37,115 bases of DNA from an uncultured Roseicyclus sp. (GTDB taxonomy: Bacteria > Pseudomonadota > Alphaproteobacteria > Rhodobacterales > Rhodobacteraceae). The stretch's first letter is position 1. The number at the start of each line of letters is the position of its first letter. The notes beneath the pieces are model-generated. The model did no database searches and was not told the origin of the DNA. It saw only the letters and a program-made list of their open reading frames with translations. Position numbers and translations under genes: made by a program. The DNA lies in the NCBI GenBank assembly GCA_964586895.1, contig CAZPJO010000001.1:255-37369 (forward strand), given 5' to 3'. Below are positions 8,931-17,724 of the stretch, piece after piece.

Positions 8931-9404
8931 TTAGCGAATTCTGCGCAGCACAGCTCTCGCCACAGGCCCGGGAAGCGCTTTCATCGCGTGCACCCGTTCA
9001 CCACGTGGCATTTTGCACATGATATGTGCAATGACTGCAGGGTGCTCCATGGCAAGATCCTGCGGAATGCCAATCTGACTTAGTCGATCTTCGACAATCG
9101 TTGGCGTGGCGGCTTGTTCGGATTTCGGCACGGCTAGGTCACCCAAAGGGTCCGGATTGCCCTCAGCCTTGGAAGGGACTTGATCGCTGGTGTTTGCGCG
9201 GAAACGCTCAAGCAAGCGATTGCGGTGCCATTCGGCGCGGGTCGGATCTGGATCAATTGCACCCGTTGCCGATGCACTATCCTCGCCGGGGTGCTCCGCC
9301 TTCAGTTTCGCCAAGGTCTCTGGCCCAAGGATTGCAGAAAGAATGCTGAGCTTTTCTTGACGGGATGTTGAGGGCTTTTGTTGACGTTCGGAGTTCTGGT
9401 CCAT
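8931..9404 (-). CDS. hypothetical protein with FliG-like N-terminal and middle-domain motifs
   Basis: 157 aa, starting 25 bp after the fliP stop on the same strand. Contains EKLSILSAILGPETLAKL and EHPAVIAHIM...V.RRI. Confidence 0.65.
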   Translation of the reverse strand: MDQNSERQQKPSTSRQEKLSILSAILGPETLAKLKAEHPGEDSASATGAIDPDPTRAEWHRNRLLERFRANTSDQVPSKAEGNPDPLGDLAVPKSEQAATPTIVEDRLSQIGIPQDLAMEHPAVIAHIMCKMPRGERVHAMKALPGPVARAVLRRIR

Positions 9405-9429
9405 GTTGGTTTCCCGAGATCTGGAGTGG

Positions 9430-10158
9430 CTAGAAATAGCTGCGAACAAGCGCGCCGGTGATCAGGGTCCATCCGTCCGCAACCACAAAAAAGGCAAGCT
9501 TGAAGGGCAACGATACAATTGCCGGTGGCACCATCATCATCCCCATGGACATCAGGATGGCCGCGACAACGAGATCGATCACCAAGAACGGGAGGAAGAT
9601 CAGAAAGCCGATCTGAAAGGCTCTCTCCACTTCGCTGAGCATAAAGGCCGGGATCAGGACAGATGCGTCCGGATCATCTACGGTCGTTTCCGGACGCATT
9701 TCCACAAGGCTCACCAATGTCGAAGTGTCGACGCGGTTCATCATGAAGCCCCGGAACGGCTCATAAATCTGGGGAATGGCAGCCTCGACCGTCAAGTCGC
9801 CTGCGATTAGCGGAGCAACTCCGATAGTGTATGCCTGCTCAAAAACCGGCGCCATTACAAAGTAGGTCAGAAAAAGCGCCAAACTGACGATCAGCATATT
9901 CGGCGGCGATTGTTGTAGCCCGATCGCTTGCCGAAGAATGGACAGGACCGTAACGACGAAAGGAAAACAGGTCACCATGATCGCGAGACCAGGTGCAAGA
10001 CTGAGCAGCGTAATCAGTGCAATCAGTTGGAACGTTCTGGCGGTCAGACTTCCACCATCACCAAGGTCTAACGTCACTTCCTGCGCCATCGCGATGCCTG
10101 GTATGGCCAGGAAGACGACAAACGCGCAAAGGAATGCGGCGGGATTAATCCGAGGCAT
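9430..10158 (-). CDS. fliP: flagellar export protein FliP
   Basis: LSLAPGL.IMVTCF....VLSILRQAIGLQQSPPN, IPAFMLSE, MGMMMVPP..VSLPFKL.FFV.ADGW. Start codon uncertain. Confidence 0.96.
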   Translation of the reverse strand: MPRINPAAFLCAFVVFLAIPGIAMAQEVTLDLGDGGSLTARTFQLIALITLLSLAPGLAIMVTCFPFVVTVLSILRQAIGLQQSPPNMLIVSLALFLTYFVMAPVFEQAYTIGVAPLIAGDLTVEAAIPQIYEPFRGFMMNRVDTSTLVSLVEMRPETTVDDPDASVLIPAFMLSEVERAFQIGFLIFLPFLVIDLVVAAILMSMGMMMVPPAIVSLPFKLAFFVVADGWTLITGALVRSYF

Positions 10159-10426
10159 CGCCGCGATCCATAAGTTCCGTGACACGAACCGCCAATTGAC
10201 CTTCACGGTCCCCATCAAGCTCGACCAATTCGCCCTCGGCGATCATCTTGTCGCCGACCCAAAGGCCGACCTTGTCCTCGATCCGACTGTCGAGGGGCAA
10301 GACCGTCTCGGGATCCATCGCCAGCATATCTGATAGGCGCGGACGCGCTTTGCCGACGCAAACCCGGATTTCGATTGGAACGGAATGAAGGGCGGAATTT
10401 CGCCCAGTTGCAGCAGCATCGGCCAT
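10145..10426 (-). CDS. fliN: C-ring switch protein FliN (SpoA domain)
   Basis: VPIEIRVCVGKA...L.LD......V.L.VGDK.IAEGELV.....LAVRVTE. Confidence 0.88.
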   Translation of the reverse strand: MADAAATGRNSALHSVPIEIRVCVGKARPRLSDMLAMDPETVLPLDSRIEDKVGLWVGDKMIAEGELVELDGDREGQLAVRVTELMDRGDASD

Positions 10427-11034
10427 TAGGCGGCTCCTTTTATGGCGACGGGGTCGTCGGCTTGGGCCTGGAAGGCCCGTACGGCTTCTGTGATCTTCAG
10501 CGTGATGTCTGACAGATCGATGTCACGTCGTTCTGATCCGACGCGCAAAGACACCTGGGTTTCCGAAAAGGCAGGTTCAGCGCGAACCGAAACATCCTCG
10601 AAGCCTTCTGCTTCAAGCAATCGCTGAACGGTTTCGCATGACGCCGGGGCGGCCATGACCTGGATTGCAGCGGACGCGTCATGTTGAAGAAGATCATGCA
10701 GTTCCTGCGCCGCCATCGGCGCAACCGCATCCGATGCGAGGCGCGGCAGGAGTGCTGTGACCAGCTCTTCAAAGAACGGGGCGAGCGAGGAAAGGATATC
10801 CTGCCGTGCGGTCGAGTACGTCAGTTCGGCTTCGCGCAAGCGCTTCGCAAGGTCTGTCCCGACCGATTTGCGCAATTCGTCTTCCGCGGCGGCACAATCT
10901 GCCCACCCGGATTTGTAGCCGGACTCATAGGCATCGAGGGCTTCAACTTGATCGGTCACTTCTGGCGCGGTTGGCGCCCGCGACGCCGGCGCTTCGGGGC
11001 TTGCGAAGTCCTCCAACGACAATGACCGGTTCAT
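10426..11034 (-). CDS. fliH: flagellar assembly protein FliH-like
   Basis: AYESGYKSGW (GxxxG repeats); lies between fliF and fliN. Confidence 0.75.
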   Translation of the reverse strand: MNRSLSLEDFASPEAPASRAPTAPEVTDQVEALDAYESGYKSGWADCAAAEDELRKSVGTDLAKRLREAELTYSTARQDILSSLAPFFEELVTALLPRLASDAVAPMAAQELHDLLQHDASAAIQVMAAPASCETVQRLLEAEGFEDVSVRAEPAFSETQVSLRVGSERRDIDLSDITLKITEAVRAFQAQADDPVAIKGAA

Positions 11035-12746
11035 TGCGGTGCCTCATCGTCTTCGTTCATCCAGTTACGCAGGATTTGAACGGTTTCTTCTTCCCGTTCC
11101 TGGATCAGCAGGCGCAGGCGCTCGACCGGATCCATGTGCGACAGGTTTTGCGCCGCTTCCTCGGACATCGCTCCGGCCATCATCATGGGCAGGGCGCGGT
11201 CGAAGGCGTCTCCGATGTTTTCCGGCTTGAAGGATTTCTCGTCCGGCACGGCAGAAACGTCAGCCGACGATCCGATATCACTCGCAAAGGCACCGTCCCC
11301 AAGGGCGGCGATCGGATCGGCACCGGACGCGGCCGCGTTCACAGGCGCGGGCAAGCCCGGGCTTGGTTCCAGCGGGGGAAGGTCGATTGAGCCATCCGTC
11401 GCTGAGCGGCTAGAAGAGAGCATTGGGCGCAAAAGGCCGAACACTATGGCCAGCGCCACAAGAGACAAAAGCGCTGTCTGGACAATGCGACCAATGTCGA
11501 CATTGAAGCGGTCGACAAACCCCGCCTCAGTCAGTTCAGTTATTGCAGCCGCATCAAAGGCCATGGATTGGATGGTAACGACGTCGCCGCGGGTTTCGTC
11601 ATAGCCCACGGCCGAGCGCACCAGGTTGGTCAGCGCTTCGACCTCCGCTTCGGCCCTTGGTACCGTTTGCACCGCGCCGTCGACCCCCACTTCTTCGACC
11701 CCGTTAAGAAGAACCGCGACCGTGATCCTGCGCACAGCACCTGGCTCGCGTTCAACCTCGCGTTGCAGCTCGGACATATCGAAAGTGACGCGTTCGCGAG
11801 ATTCGGTCGTTTGCGCAGAGGAGCCTTCACCGCCCGCGCCTTCGCCGTCGGGTAGGTTCGAGGCCACCGTTACACCGCCGCCAGCAGCGTCGCGCGAGGT
11901 ATTGTCGAGCTCTTCGGTTTCAGTTGCGATGATCACGCGGCTATCGGGATCGATCACACGTTCCAAAACCGTTTCCCGCGCCATCTCAAGCTCGACCGAC
12001 ACTTGCACAACTGCATTTCCGGGACCGACACGCGCGGCAAGCAATCGCTCGATATTTGTGCGCATTTGTTCGGCGCGTCCGGCGGCATCGGCAGCGGGCG
12101 ACATCTGATCCTGGGCCCCCATCACCTGGCCCGAATCTGCGTCAATCACGGTCACGTTGTCAGGGCTGAGGCCGGGCACGGAAGAGGCCACGAGATACCG
12201 CAAAGCCTGCGCATGTCCGGGCGCCAGTCCACCGGCCGCCGGTCTTATCGCGACCGAGGCCGTGACATCGCGGGTCGGCTGAAACGGGTCGGCGGAGGGA
12301 TTCGCAATATGCACCCGTGCAGCACGGATCGCAGGAGACGCGATGATCGTGCGCGACAGCTCCCCCTCCTTGGCACGCCAATAGGCGGCGTCGAACATCT
12401 GTGATGTCGTACCGAACCCGGACAGCGAGTCGAGCAACTCATAGCCTTGCGGCCCGTTTGCGGGCAGGCCTTCGCTGGCGAGGGCCAACCGCAGCGCGTC
12501 GCGTTCGGCGCTGTCGACAAAGATCGAATCGCCTTCGACACGATGCGCGACACCCCGTGCAGAGATAGCCTCCACGACCTCTCCGGCGGCCGCTGCATCG
12601 AGGCCACTATAGAGCAAGGTGTAGGAGGGTTGGGACGCGATCCGCGTCAATATCAGAAGGACAATCCCAAGAGCGGCAATACCCCCGATCAGGAGCCCAC
12701 GCCGGCGTCCGTCCATGTCATTCCAGAGTTCAAGCAGCTTGTTCAC
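11031..12746 (-). CDS. fliF: MS-ring protein FliF
   Basis: Two TM segments, GYELLD....FG.T......Y.RAKEGELSRTI, ARVHI, AVGYD..RGD.V, ILRNWM. GTG start. Confidence 0.97.
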   Translation of the reverse strand: MNKLLELWNDMDGRRRGLLIGGIAALGIVLLILTRIASQPSYTLLYSGLDAAAAGEVVEAISARGVAHRVEGDSIFVDSAERDALRLALASEGLPANGPQGYELLDSLSGFGTTSQMFDAAYWRAKEGELSRTIIASPAIRAARVHIANPSADPFQPTRDVTASVAIRPAAGGLAPGHAQALRYLVASSVPGLSPDNVTVIDADSGQVMGAQDQMSPAADAAGRAEQMRTNIERLLAARVGPGNAVVQVSVELEMARETVLERVIDPDSRVIIATETEELDNTSRDAAGGGVTVASNLPDGEGAGGEGSSAQTTESRERVTFDMSELQREVEREPGAVRRITVAVLLNGVEEVGVDGAVQTVPRAEAEVEALTNLVRSAVGYDETRGDVVTIQSMAFDAAAITELTEAGFVDRFNVDIGRIVQTALLSLVALAIVFGLLRPMLSSSRSATDGSIDLPPLEPSPGLPAPVNAAASGADPIAALGDGAFASDIGSSADVSAVPDEKSFKPENIGDAFDRALPMMMAGAMSEEAAQNLSHMDPVERLRLLIQEREEETVQILRNWMNEDDEAPQ

Positions 12747-12806
12747 CGCAGCACCATTTTTATCGACCCATTCTGGCCCGTTGCCTCGGTGATAGCCGCT
12801 GTACGC

Positions 12807-12821
12807 TTAACAATCGGTTAG
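12807..12821 (+). promoter_or_regulatory. CtrA-like box in the divergent fliF/fliL promoter
   Basis: TTAA-CAATCGG-TTAG. Confidence 0.65.
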
Positions 12822-12868
12822 TGCCTTCCCGCTAAAACGATGAAGAACGAAACAAGATCGTGAGAATC

Positions 12869-13378
12869 ATGGCGGACGAAATCGAAACCGAAGAACCCAA
12901 AAAGAAGAAGGGCTTACTGATCCCGCTTCTGCTCGGTGTGATTCTGGCAGCAGTGGGCGGCGGCGGCGGCTTCTGGGCCGTCACCCAGGGGCCTTTGAGC
13001 GGTGGCTCGGATGAAGAAACCCATGAAGACGTGGCCGACGAGCACGGCGATGAAGAGCATGGCGAAGGCGTCGTTGCCGATGTTGCTTTCGTGCAGCTCG
13101 AAACCCTTGTCGTGTCACTCGGCTCCGAAAATTCGGGGCGAAACCTGATCTTCACGGCTGCGCTGGAGGTAACACCCAGCCATCTGGAGGAGGTGACACG
13201 CCTTAGCCCCCGGGTGCTCGATGTCCTGAACTCCTACCTTCGTGTCGTCTCCGTTTCGGAACTCAGCGATCCCACAAGCCTTGCCCGACTGCGCGCACAG
13301 ATGTTGCGACGCATTCAGGTGGTCACGGGCACGGGGCGCGTCCGCGATTTGCTTGTCACACAATTTCTGGTGAACTGA
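12869..13378 (+). CDS. fliL: basal body-associated protein FliL
   Basis: KKKK then a TM helix with GGG; C-terminal PRVLDVLNSYLR...L..LRAQMLRRI...V.DLLVTQF. Confidence 0.9.
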   Translation: MADEIETEEPKKKKGLLIPLLLGVILAAVGGGGGFWAVTQGPLSGGSDEETHEDVADEHGDEEHGEGVVADVAFVQLETLVVSLGSENSGRNLIFTAALEVTPSHLEEVTRLSPRVLDVLNSYLRVVSVSELSDPTSLARLRAQMLRRIQVVTGTGRVRDLLVTQFLVN

Positions 13379-13906
13379 ATGACTATTCTCTTGAACTACG
13401 GCGCAGATATTCTGGTCATCCTCGCAAGCCTCGGGGCCATGGGGTACTGCATGGTGCTGTCTCGCAGACTCAACCGTTTAACCAGTTTTGACAAAGGCTT
13501 AGGCGGAGCCATCGCGGTCATGTCGAGCCAGGTCGACGAGATGAAGGCCGCTTTGCGAGAGGCGAAAGCAGGGTCAGACGGGGCCGGAAAGCAGCTTCAT
13601 GACCTGGTGCATCAGGCCCGCGACATTTCAACCGAGTTGGAGATGATGATCGCTGCCTGTCATGACTTTGCGGAAGAGGCGATCGCAGCTCAGACCACCG
13701 AACGCGATGAACCTGCACCAATTGCGCCCCCATCGGAGCCTGAGCAATTCACTGAGCGGGATTCCGAGACAGAGCCCTCCGAAGAGGCCTCTGTGCCTGA
13801 TGTAACCCCGATCTTCGGATCGCGCCGGGCGGCGGCTGATGCGGCTCAATCAAATGAATCTGTACAGACGCCGCTGTTCCGGCATCGCAGATCCTTGGCA
13901 GGTTGA
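13379..13906 (+). CDS. membrane-anchored coiled-coil protein (DUF6468-like)
   Basis: N-terminal TM with 'YC.VLSRRL..L', a coiled coil and an acidic Pro-rich tail; abuts the fliL stop codon. Confidence 0.7.
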   Translation: MTILLNYGADILVILASLGAMGYCMVLSRRLNRLTSFDKGLGGAIAVMSSQVDEMKAALREAKAGSDGAGKQLHDLVHQARDISTELEMMIAACHDFAEEAIAAQTTERDEPAPIAPPSEPEQFTERDSETEPSEEASVPDVTPIFGSRRAAADAAQSNESVQTPLFRHRRSLAG

Positions 13907-14526
13907 TCATGGCAAAAAAGAAGAAAACCAGGCGTCTGAAACGCGGAAGTGTCCTGGTGACGCTCGGCGTGATTTTTGCCGTGTCGGTCGTGTTGCGGCT
14001 TGGAACGATGGAGCTTGAATTCGTCACGCCAGCGTCTGCGTCCGATCCCGAACCCTTGCCTTCCGTGATGGGCCCGACGTCGCCACTGCGCGCAGCAATG
14101 GACGAAGTCACTATGTTACGTGACCGTCTTGCCGCTCGTGAAGCAGAACTGGATGACCGCGAACGCGCCGTTGATGTCGCCCAGGTCCTGATCGATGAAC
14201 GCCTTGCTACACTGGAAGCTGCAGAGCAGCGATTGCAGGCGCTGATACAGGTTTCGGATACGGCCGCAGAAGGTGATCTCGCGCGCCTGACCGAAGTCTA
14301 TGAGACCATGGGCCCGGATCAGACCGCAGCCTTGTTTACACAGATGGATCCGAATTTTGCGGCTGGCTTCCTGACGCGGATGTCTCCTGCGGCGAGCGCC
14401 GCGATCATGTCTGAATTGGATCCGGCGAATGCCTACGCCATCTCGGTTGTGATCGCGACCCGGAACGCCAGCGCTCCGACATTGGAAGATCCGGATGTCG
14501 AGCCCGATGCAGACACCGATTCTTAA
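13903..14526 (+). CDS. motE: MotE family protein
   Basis: TM, coiled coil, then L..VYE.M.P...AALF..MDP.FAAGFL.RM.P..(S)AAIM..L.P..A; lies upstream of motA. The start may be ATG 13909. Confidence 0.75.
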   Translation: MIMAKKKKTRRLKRGSVLVTLGVIFAVSVVLRLGTMELEFVTPASASDPEPLPSVMGPTSPLRAAMDEVTMLRDRLAAREAELDDRERAVDVAQVLIDERLATLEAAEQRLQALIQVSDTAAEGDLARLTEVYETMGPDQTAALFTQMDPNFAAGFLTRMSPAASAAIMSELDPANAYAISVVIATRNASAPTLEDPDVEPDADTDS

Positions 14527-14568
14527 TCTCTGAATGCCAAACCAGATTGATAAGCAGGAGAATCCGCA

Positions 14569-15435
14569 ATGCTCGGAATCGTAGGAATTCTGGTGGTCTT
14601 CGGAATGGTGTTCGGTGGCTACAAGCTTGCCGGCGGCAAGTTCGGAATCATCATCAAGGCGTTGCCATTCGAGATGATGATGATTCTCGGTGCTGCCTTG
14701 GGCGCGTTTCTGATTTCAAACGACAAGGGCACGATCAAAGCCACATTGAGCGGACTGAAGAAAGTCTTCGCAGGGCCAACCTGGAAAGACGCCGATTATC
14801 AGGAACTTCTATGCCTGCTGTACGAATTGATCCGCCTGCAACGGCAAAACGCAGTCGCCGTGGAAGAGCATATCGAAAATCCGAATGAGTCCGAGATCTT
14901 CGCCCGCTATCCCCGGATTCTCGCCGATCACGAGGCGGTCGAGCTTATCTGCGACACGTTGCGCGCTGCGGCGATGAACTACAACGACCCGCATCAGGTC
15001 GAAGAGGTTCTCGACAAGCGGCTCGATCAGAATGTGCACCATCAGATGCACGGCAGCCACGCCATGCAAACCGTCGCCGACGGCTTGCCCGCGCTTGGAA
15101 TCGTCGCCGCGGTCTTGGGTGTCATCAAGACGATGGCATCCATTGACCAACCGCCCGAGGTTCTCGGCGGCCTAATCGGTGGTGCACTCGTGGGTACATT
15201 CCTCGGTGTGTTCCTGGCATACGGTTTTGTGGGGCCTTTCGCGTCCAAGATGAAGGGCGCAATCGAAGAGGATCATCAATTCTACCTCCTGATCCGGGAG
15301 GTCCTGATTGCCAACTTGCACAACCACGCAACGAACATTTGTATCGAGGTCGGCCGCCAGAACGCGCCGCATCACGTACGCCCGAATTTCAACGAACTCG
15401 AAGAGGCCTTACGCGGCCTCAAGCAAGCGGCATGA
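14569..15435 (+). CDS. motA: flagellar stator protein MotA
   Basis: VFGGY, E.HIENP.ES.IF..YP, DGLPALGIVAAVLGVIKTM, ALVGTFLGV.LAYG, IEVGR. Confidence 0.97.
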   Translation: MLGIVGILVVFGMVFGGYKLAGGKFGIIIKALPFEMMMILGAALGAFLISNDKGTIKATLSGLKKVFAGPTWKDADYQELLCLLYELIRLQRQNAVAVEEHIENPNESEIFARYPRILADHEAVELICDTLRAAAMNYNDPHQVEEVLDKRLDQNVHHQMHGSHAMQTVADGLPALGIVAAVLGVIKTMASIDQPPEVLGGLIGGALVGTFLGVFLAYGFVGPFASKMKGAIEEDHQFYLLIREVLIANLHNHATNICIEVGRQNAPHHVRPNFNELEEALRGLKQAA

Positions 15436-17615
15436 TGCGCTGGATTCTGTTGTCCATAACACTTGCTCTTTTCGCAGGTAGTGCATCGTCCCAGACGCTG
15501 CGCGTGCAATCTGGCGATCATACTGGCTTTACAAGGCTGGTTATTCCGATCGGTGCCGAACGGGACTGGGATCTCGTCCAAAGCGATCCGAGCACATATA
15601 TCCTGACGGTTGAGCCAGCCGTGGAAGGCTTTGATACATCTGCGGCCTTCGATCTCATTCAGCGCACCAGGCTCATCGATCTGTCCCCAATTAATGAAAC
15701 CCTAGCGCTTGGGCTTGCTTGCACCTGCGACGTCAACAGCTTCCGGCACCAAGAAGAATACCTTGTGATCGACATCGCCGATGTGGACCCGGACGCAGTC
15801 GAAGCCGCCGCACCTGCTGAGGTGGTCGAGGAAAACCTCGCTTCATCGGCTGATAGACAACGCGCGGCAGAAGCCTTGCCGGAGCTGGCTGATCTTTTGC
15901 GTCGGCCAAACCAATTGCCAGAGTTCGCCGAGACACCTGCGGCGCCTGTTGCGATCGGCCAACCGGAGTCTGACGAAGACATTGTTGCCACACAGCCTCC
16001 GCCTAACCCTCGCCTTGAGGAAGCCGCAGAAATCATGGCCGAACAACTGGCCCGCGCCGCGGCATCTGGTTTACTCGAGGCGTCCCTTGGCCAGTCACAA
16101 ACCTTTGCCGATCCTGTGCGTGCCAGCCCTCCGGAGCCGATCGAAAACGGCGCACCTGCCGAAGTGGAACCCGAAAGTCCTGTCGAGGTGCCGTCTGAGG
16201 AACACGAAACGCGCACCCCTCATCCCAGCCCGGATGAAATCCCGGTTCGCACACACACTGCACTCGACCCTCCTATTTCCTTCAATACCCCTCTTGCACC
16301 TTCAAGCACTCCCGGCACCTGTCGCTCGGAGCCATTCGATGCGCGTGAGTGGGCGGAAACCGAAAGCTTCGAACATGGTTTGGGGGAACGGCGCCTCGCC
16401 CTGTTTGATGAAAGGGACACGCTAACCGAGGATGGCGCGGAAGCGCTGGCATTATATTACCTGTATCATGGGTTCGGTGCGGAGGCGCGCCATTGGCTGT
16501 TGCAGATGTCTGCGCCATCGCAAGACTTTCTGAACGTCGCGGATCTTGTCGACGGTGCAATTACCGCGGATTTCACTCCGATCACTTCGACGGCTGATTG
16601 CTCTCGGGGGGAGCTCTTGTGGCGCTATATGGCGGGTGCCGTTGATGTCGACCTGAACAGTGATGATATCGCCGCGATACAACGCGCCTTTACCGAATTG
16701 CCCGCACATCTACGGGATCTTACGGGCCCAAGATTGGCCCGCGCGTTGCACTCCGAAAGGCATGGGCCCGCGGCGCGCAACGTGCGTGAGATCCTGCACA
16801 GAGGTGGCCGAATTGCCGACGCGGAACTGCAGTTCCTTGATTTGGACCTCGGTATATCCTTAGCAACATCCGAAGAGGACACACGATCTGCCCTGTCTGA
16901 TATGTTGACCAATAGTGGCGCGAATGCCGTTGGGACGATGGCCCAAGCGCTCGCATTCGATCGCAGCTTGGGCGTGTTGCCAACGATGGAGCGCCTTACT
17001 GCTGCGCAAGCGCTCCTCAGAGAATCCGGAGACGGGCCAGAGACCGCAATACTCTGGCAAGAAACGCTCCTTGGATACGCCGCGCTTGGGGCACCGGATA
17101 CAGCGCTCTCCATGCTAAGCAATCCCGCGCGTGCGGGGAGCGCGCGGGAAGCCGCTCTAACTGAACTGATCGCAGAACGTGTCGCGGTCCAAGACACCGC
17201 CGGCTTGCTCATACTGGCATACACATTCGGTTCCGAATGGCGGCCCGAAGGGTCAGACGCGGGCCGGGCGCAGGTCGCCGCAATAGGGTTGCTACGTGAA
17301 GAGGGGCTATACGAAGCTGCTCAGATCCTGCGCGATGTTCGCCGTCCGCTCATCCTACCGGCGCGGGACGACGTTGAACTCAACCAACCTGACCCGGTGA
17401 CAGAGGCTTGGGAAGCCTCCGATTGGTCGGATCTAGCCGAATTGGCAAATGGCCCTCATGCAGAGGTGGCAACACGCATGCTCGCGCGCCCGACCGAACC
17501 GGGACGCGCCGACCAATCAGAGCAGGGTCTTGCCGCACTGGATGCCACGGTCGCCGATAGTCGGTCGCTTCGCGAGGCGATAACCGCGCTTCTTCAAGAA
17601 CCAAGTCCGCAGTAA
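15432..17615 (+). CDS. large exported/periplasmic flagellum-associated protein (possibly MotK-like)
   Basis: ATGA overlap with motA; Sec-type signal peptide; SGDH.GFTRLV, CxC, Pro-rich linker and a helical C-terminal half with A..YL..GFGAEA. Confidence 0.7.
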   Translation: MMRWILLSITLALFAGSASSQTLRVQSGDHTGFTRLVIPIGAERDWDLVQSDPSTYILTVEPAVEGFDTSAAFDLIQRTRLIDLSPINETLALGLACTCDVNSFRHQEEYLVIDIADVDPDAVEAAAPAEVVEENLASSADRQRAAEALPELADLLRRPNQLPEFAETPAAPVAIGQPESDEDIVATQPPPNPRLEEAAEIMAEQLARAAASGLLEASLGQSQTFADPVRASPPEPIENGAPAEVEPESPVEVPSEEHETRTPHPSPDEIPVRTHTALDPPISFNTPLAPSSTPGTCRSEPFDAREWAETESFEHGLGERRLALFDERDTLTEDGAEALALYYLYHGFGAEARHWLLQMSAPSQDFLNVADLVDGAITADFTPITSTADCSRGELLWRYMAGAVDVDLNSDDIAAIQRAFTELPAHLRDLTGPRLARALHSERHGPAARNVREILHRGGRIADAELQFLDLDLGISLATSEEDTRSALSDMLTNSGANAVGTMAQALAFDRSLGVLPTMERLTAAQALLRESGDGPETAILWQETLLGYAALGAPDTALSMLSNPARAGSAREAALTELIAERVAVQDTAGLLILAYTFGSEWRPEGSDAGRAQVAAIGLLREEGLYEAAQILRDVRRPLILPARDDVELNQPDPVTEAWEASDWSDLAELANGPHAEVATRMLARPTEPGRADQSEQGLAALDATVADSRSLREAITALLQEPSPQ

Positions 17616-17724
17616 CGCAAATACCTGGAAATCGCAGAATGCATTTCATCCTTCCATCGAATTCAAACCGAATTGTCCGCACAAAGCGACAGCATCCGAC
17701 GTTGAGATTGGCGGGGTCGGGCCA

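Noticed and set aside
8868-9083. 71-aa plus-strand His/Cys-containing ORF
   Set aside because: TTG start, no clear RBS, and overlaps the better-supported minus-strand ORF.
15339-15431. Upstream in-frame extensions given by the ORF track (here and for pcaC, fliP, flhB, fliL2, fliQ, flgB, flbT)
   Set aside because: They overlap neighbouring genes. Downstream starts fit RBS, signal peptide or stop-start coupling better.
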